A DNA stretch of 20,000 bases from IMG/VR virus record IMGVR_UViG_3300042901_000675, one strand, 5' to 3'. Positions within the stretch are counted from its first letter, which is position 1; every line of letters begins with the position of its first letter. Source of the DNA: an uncultured virus (IMG/VR IMGVR_UViG_3300042901_000675) (lineage: Duplodnaviria; Heunggongvirae; Uroviricota; Caudoviricetes). Below the pieces are notes generated by a model. The model did not search any database. It saw only the letters and a list, made by a program, of their open reading frames with translations, and was not told where the DNA came from. This document shows, piece by piece, positions 17,663 to 20,000 of the stretch. The position numbers and the translations under genes are program-made.

Positions 17663-18112
17663 ATGGCACTAGATTTCCCTACATCACCAGCACTGAATGA
17701 AATTTACACGTATGGTGGTCGTTCTTGGCAATGGAACGGCACTGCGTGGGATGTTTATAGTACTGTAAGTGGTAGCGTTGTAACACGACTCAATGGTTTA
17801 ACCGGCGGTGTAACACTTGCTGCTGGGTCAAATATTACTCTAACTCCAGTTGGTAATACGATTACCATTGAATCTTCTGGTGGTGGTGGAGGTGGTGGAA
17901 CCTATTTCAGTTTCACGGAAGGTACTACCGTTGGTGCAGGACCAACTGCTGGAGATAGATGGTTTGATACAAACACTGGAAAATTATTCACAGCAATAAC
18001 AGATGGTGCTTCTCGTATTTGGGTTGAATTTGGTAATGCTGGTCAAGGTAATACGGGTGCCACAGGTGGGGTAGATGCTGCTTTTGTAATAGCAATGGCA
18101 ACGGTGTTATAA
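17663..18112 (+). CDS. Small modular virion/fibre-associated protein
   Basis: N-terminal FPTSP...YTYGGRSWQWNGTAW, one NGLTGGVTLAAGSNIT repeat, P..GDRWFDTNTGKLF motif, a collagen remnant ([12 protein letters not shown]) and a hydrophobic tail FVIAMATVL. Confidence 0.7.
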   Translation: MALDFPTSPALNEIYTYGGRSWQWNGTAWDVYSTVSGSVVTRLNGLTGGVTLAAGSNITLTPVGNTITIESSGGGGGGGTYFSFTEGTTVGAGPTAGDRWFDTNTGKLFTAITDGASRIWVEFGNAGQGNTGATGGVDAAFVIAMATVL

Positions 18113-18115
18113 ATA
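18108..18115 (+). promoter_or_regulatory. T4-type late promoter, TATAAATA
   Basis: Exact consensus overlapping the TAA of ORF 17663, followed by a GAGGA Shine-Dalgarno and ATG 18129. Confidence 0.75.
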
Positions 18116-18128
18116 TAGAGGAATACAC

Positions 18129-18758
18129 ATGAAACGATTAGTAGGAACAGATATAGTAGGTGGATACACCTTTAATCCAGCAGCCAAGACCATAACTTTT
18201 ACAGGTCTTCAATATACTATTACACTTGCAAATATTCTTCTCATCACAAATACCACAGCAAATACAATAATTTATAATTTTGCTGATTCAACCAATGGTG
18301 CAGTAAGTTTTGCTAACAATGTGTTGACTTTAGATTACAATACAGCATCCATGAATGCAACTGATGCATTGCAAATTTACATTGATGTAGAGAGTTATGA
18401 AGAAAGCCTAGCAACACTTCTTCGCCGCATGAATAAATTGCTCGAAAGTAATGCTGTTGTAGATAGCAAACTTCGACAAAAAGTTACGATTGAAGCAATT
18501 GGCTCAAACAATAACCCCAACTCACTTGAACTTAATACAACTATGCCTGTTTCGGGAACAGTTACAGCCACAGCCAATGTGAACAATGCTGTAACCGCTA
18601 CAACATTCAACAACTCAGCAGTAAATCCATATACTCTATCGACATCACAGGCAGTAGGATTGGTTTCAGAAGGTCCAGTTCACCAGTTATGGCGTGTAGC
18701 CAATGACGCTCAAGCCTGTTATGCATCCGCAATTCGATCTAAACTTTCATTTACATAA
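18129..18758 (+). CDS. Hypothetical virion structural protein
   Basis: YTFNPAAKTI...ILLITNTTANTIIYNFAD N-terminal domain of a type I recall from structural proteins of aquatic T4-like phages. Good Shine-Dalgarno and a late promoter. Confidence 0.65.
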   Translation: MKRLVGTDIVGGYTFNPAAKTITFTGLQYTITLANILLITNTTANTIIYNFADSTNGAVSFANNVLTLDYNTASMNATDALQIYIDVESYEESLATLLRRMNKLLESNAVVDSKLRQKVTIEAIGSNNNPNSLELNTTMPVSGTVTATANVNNAVTATTFNNSAVNPYTLSTSQAVGLVSEGPVHQLWRVANDAQACYASAIRSKLSFT

Positions 18759-18772
18759 TTTAAGGAAATAAT

Positions 18773-20000
18773 ATGGCAGTAACAAATTTATTAAAAACAC
18801 AAGTAGATCAACCAGTATTTGAATGGATGCGCTTTGCTCCAGCAACAAGTATTGCAACTTCTACTCTTGCAGCAAGTGATACACATGCACGATATATGTA
18901 CTATCTTGTTGGTCCAGCAATGTGGAGATATGATACCTATTCTGATACATGGCAAGAGTGTGCTGGTCCCAATATCCCACCACTTACAGCAGTGAGTCTG
19001 AAATATTCAGCATACTCTGGATATCGTGGTCATGCTGTTGCAGCATCGTCTACTACTATTACTGTAGCAGGATTTAGTCGCCATTCGCATCTTCCTGATA
19101 ATATTAAAATTCGTATTATTGCAGGTAAAGGGGCAGGACAAGAACGAACCATTACTGAACTAGCAGATGCAGAAATAGCAGACTTTGGTGTTATCACCAC
19201 AACTACAAATACTACAACAACTGTATCTATTGCAGACTCTACAAAGAAATGGAGAGTCAACCAATGGGATGGTTATCAATGCCGTTTAGTTTACGGAACA
19301 GGGCAGACTCAAATTCGTAGAATTTCATTTAATGATACGACTTCATTGACTTTCATGGATACCAATTTTCAGGCAATCGATTCCTTCAACAATACGGGAT
19401 TTTCTGCTGTTACTCCATATGCTGTTCCTGTAACAACAGCAGGATCACAGGCACACTATGTGATTGAATCATCAGTATTAACTGTAGATACTGCATGGAC
19501 TGTAACACCAGACGAAAGTTCTGTTTATCTGATTCTTGTTGGTGGTTTGTGGTTAATCTCATCGGCATCAGCAACTCCTTTTTCTTCCATGCAATTTTAT
19601 GATATTTTAACTGATACATGGATGACTAAGACACCTATTGGTGGTCACCTAACTGCTGCACTGGGAACTGATTTTTCTATAGATCGAACAGGTGAAGCCG
19701 CTGGTGCATATGTCAGTGGACTAACTGCATCTTCTGCAACCACAAGAACACTAGTAAATAGTGGTGCAACGATGGATTATGATCGTTATGCGAATTATCA
19801 GGTTCGTATTACAAGTGGTACTGGTATTGGACAACGAAGAAGAATCGTTGGACACAATGCCACAACCATGTGGATTGCTAGAAAATGGGATATCACACCT
19901 GATGCAACTTCACAATATGCAATATATGGAGATACTGATAAATTATGGTTATCGGGAAATGCAAGTGCTGCAATGTTCCAATATGGAGTAGAAGCAGATA
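18773..20000 (+). CDS. Large beta-rich protein with Kelch-like blades and repeated inserted beta-domains, 3'-truncated by the window (absent from the ORF track)
   Basis: TAAGGA Shine-Dalgarno, then ATG 18773. Hand translation MAVTNLLKTQVDQPVFEWMRFAP... is open for 409 codons to the window end. Kelch-like WRYDTYSDTW and FYDILTDTW, plus three RIxxGxGxxQxRxI motifs. Confidence 0.8.
   Translation, partial: MAVTNLLKTQVDQPVFEWMRFAPATSIATSTLAASDTHARYMYYLVGPAMWRYDTYSDTWQECAGPNIPPLTAVSLKYSAYSGYRGHAVAASSTTITVAGFSRHSHLPDNIKIRIIAGKGAGQERTITELADAEIADFGVITTTTNTTTTVSIADSTKKWRVNQWDGYQCRLVYGTGQTQIRRISFNDTTSLTFMDTNFQAIDSFNNTGFSAVTPYAVPVTTAGSQAHYVIESSVLTVDTAWTVTPDESSVYLILVGGLWLISSASATPFSSMQFYDILTDTWMTKTPIGGHLTAALGTDFSIDRTGEAAGAYVSGLTASSATTRTLVNSGATMDYDRYANYQVRITSGTGIGQRRRIVGHNATTMWIARKWDITPDATSQYAIYGDTDKLWLSGNASAAMFQYGVEAD

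Noticed and set aside
19030..19991. Short ORFs listed in the track at 19030, 19410 and 19761
   Set aside because: They are explained by the long + strand ORF starting at 18773, which the track omits because its stop lies outside the window.
6653..20000. Diversity-generating retroelement acting on fibre tips
   Set aside because: No reverse transcriptase and no template/variable repeat pair with adenine-specific mismatches was seen in the window.
1..20000. tRNAs, introns, inteins, homing endonucleases, or stop-codon recoding
   Set aside because: Intergenic gaps are short, the core genes have normal lengths and are uninterrupted, and genes read through intact under the standard code.

Overview
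A segment of a T4-like myovirus genome, AT-rich, with every credible gene on the + strand. Bases 1-4948 hold the T4-type recombination/replication module: the 3' end of gp47, then gp46, two small genes, gp45 sliding clamp, gp44/gp62 clamp loader and regA. Where T4 has gp43 polymerase after regA, this genome has a GT2+TPR glycosyltransferase. About 14 kb of probable virion/fibre genes follow: a small adaptor-like protein, two Gly-X-Thr collagen fibre proteins (one with a pectin-lyase-like beta-helix), a third charged-type collagen protein, and four more beta-rich proteins, the last running off the window. T4 late-promoter-like (C/A)TAAATA motifs sit just upstream of most of these genes. The most interesting hypothesis is a phage-encoded O-glycosylation system for Thr-rich collagen fibres, analogous to Clostridioides difficile SgtA/BclA3. 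All assignments come from motif recognition and gene order; no database searches were run.
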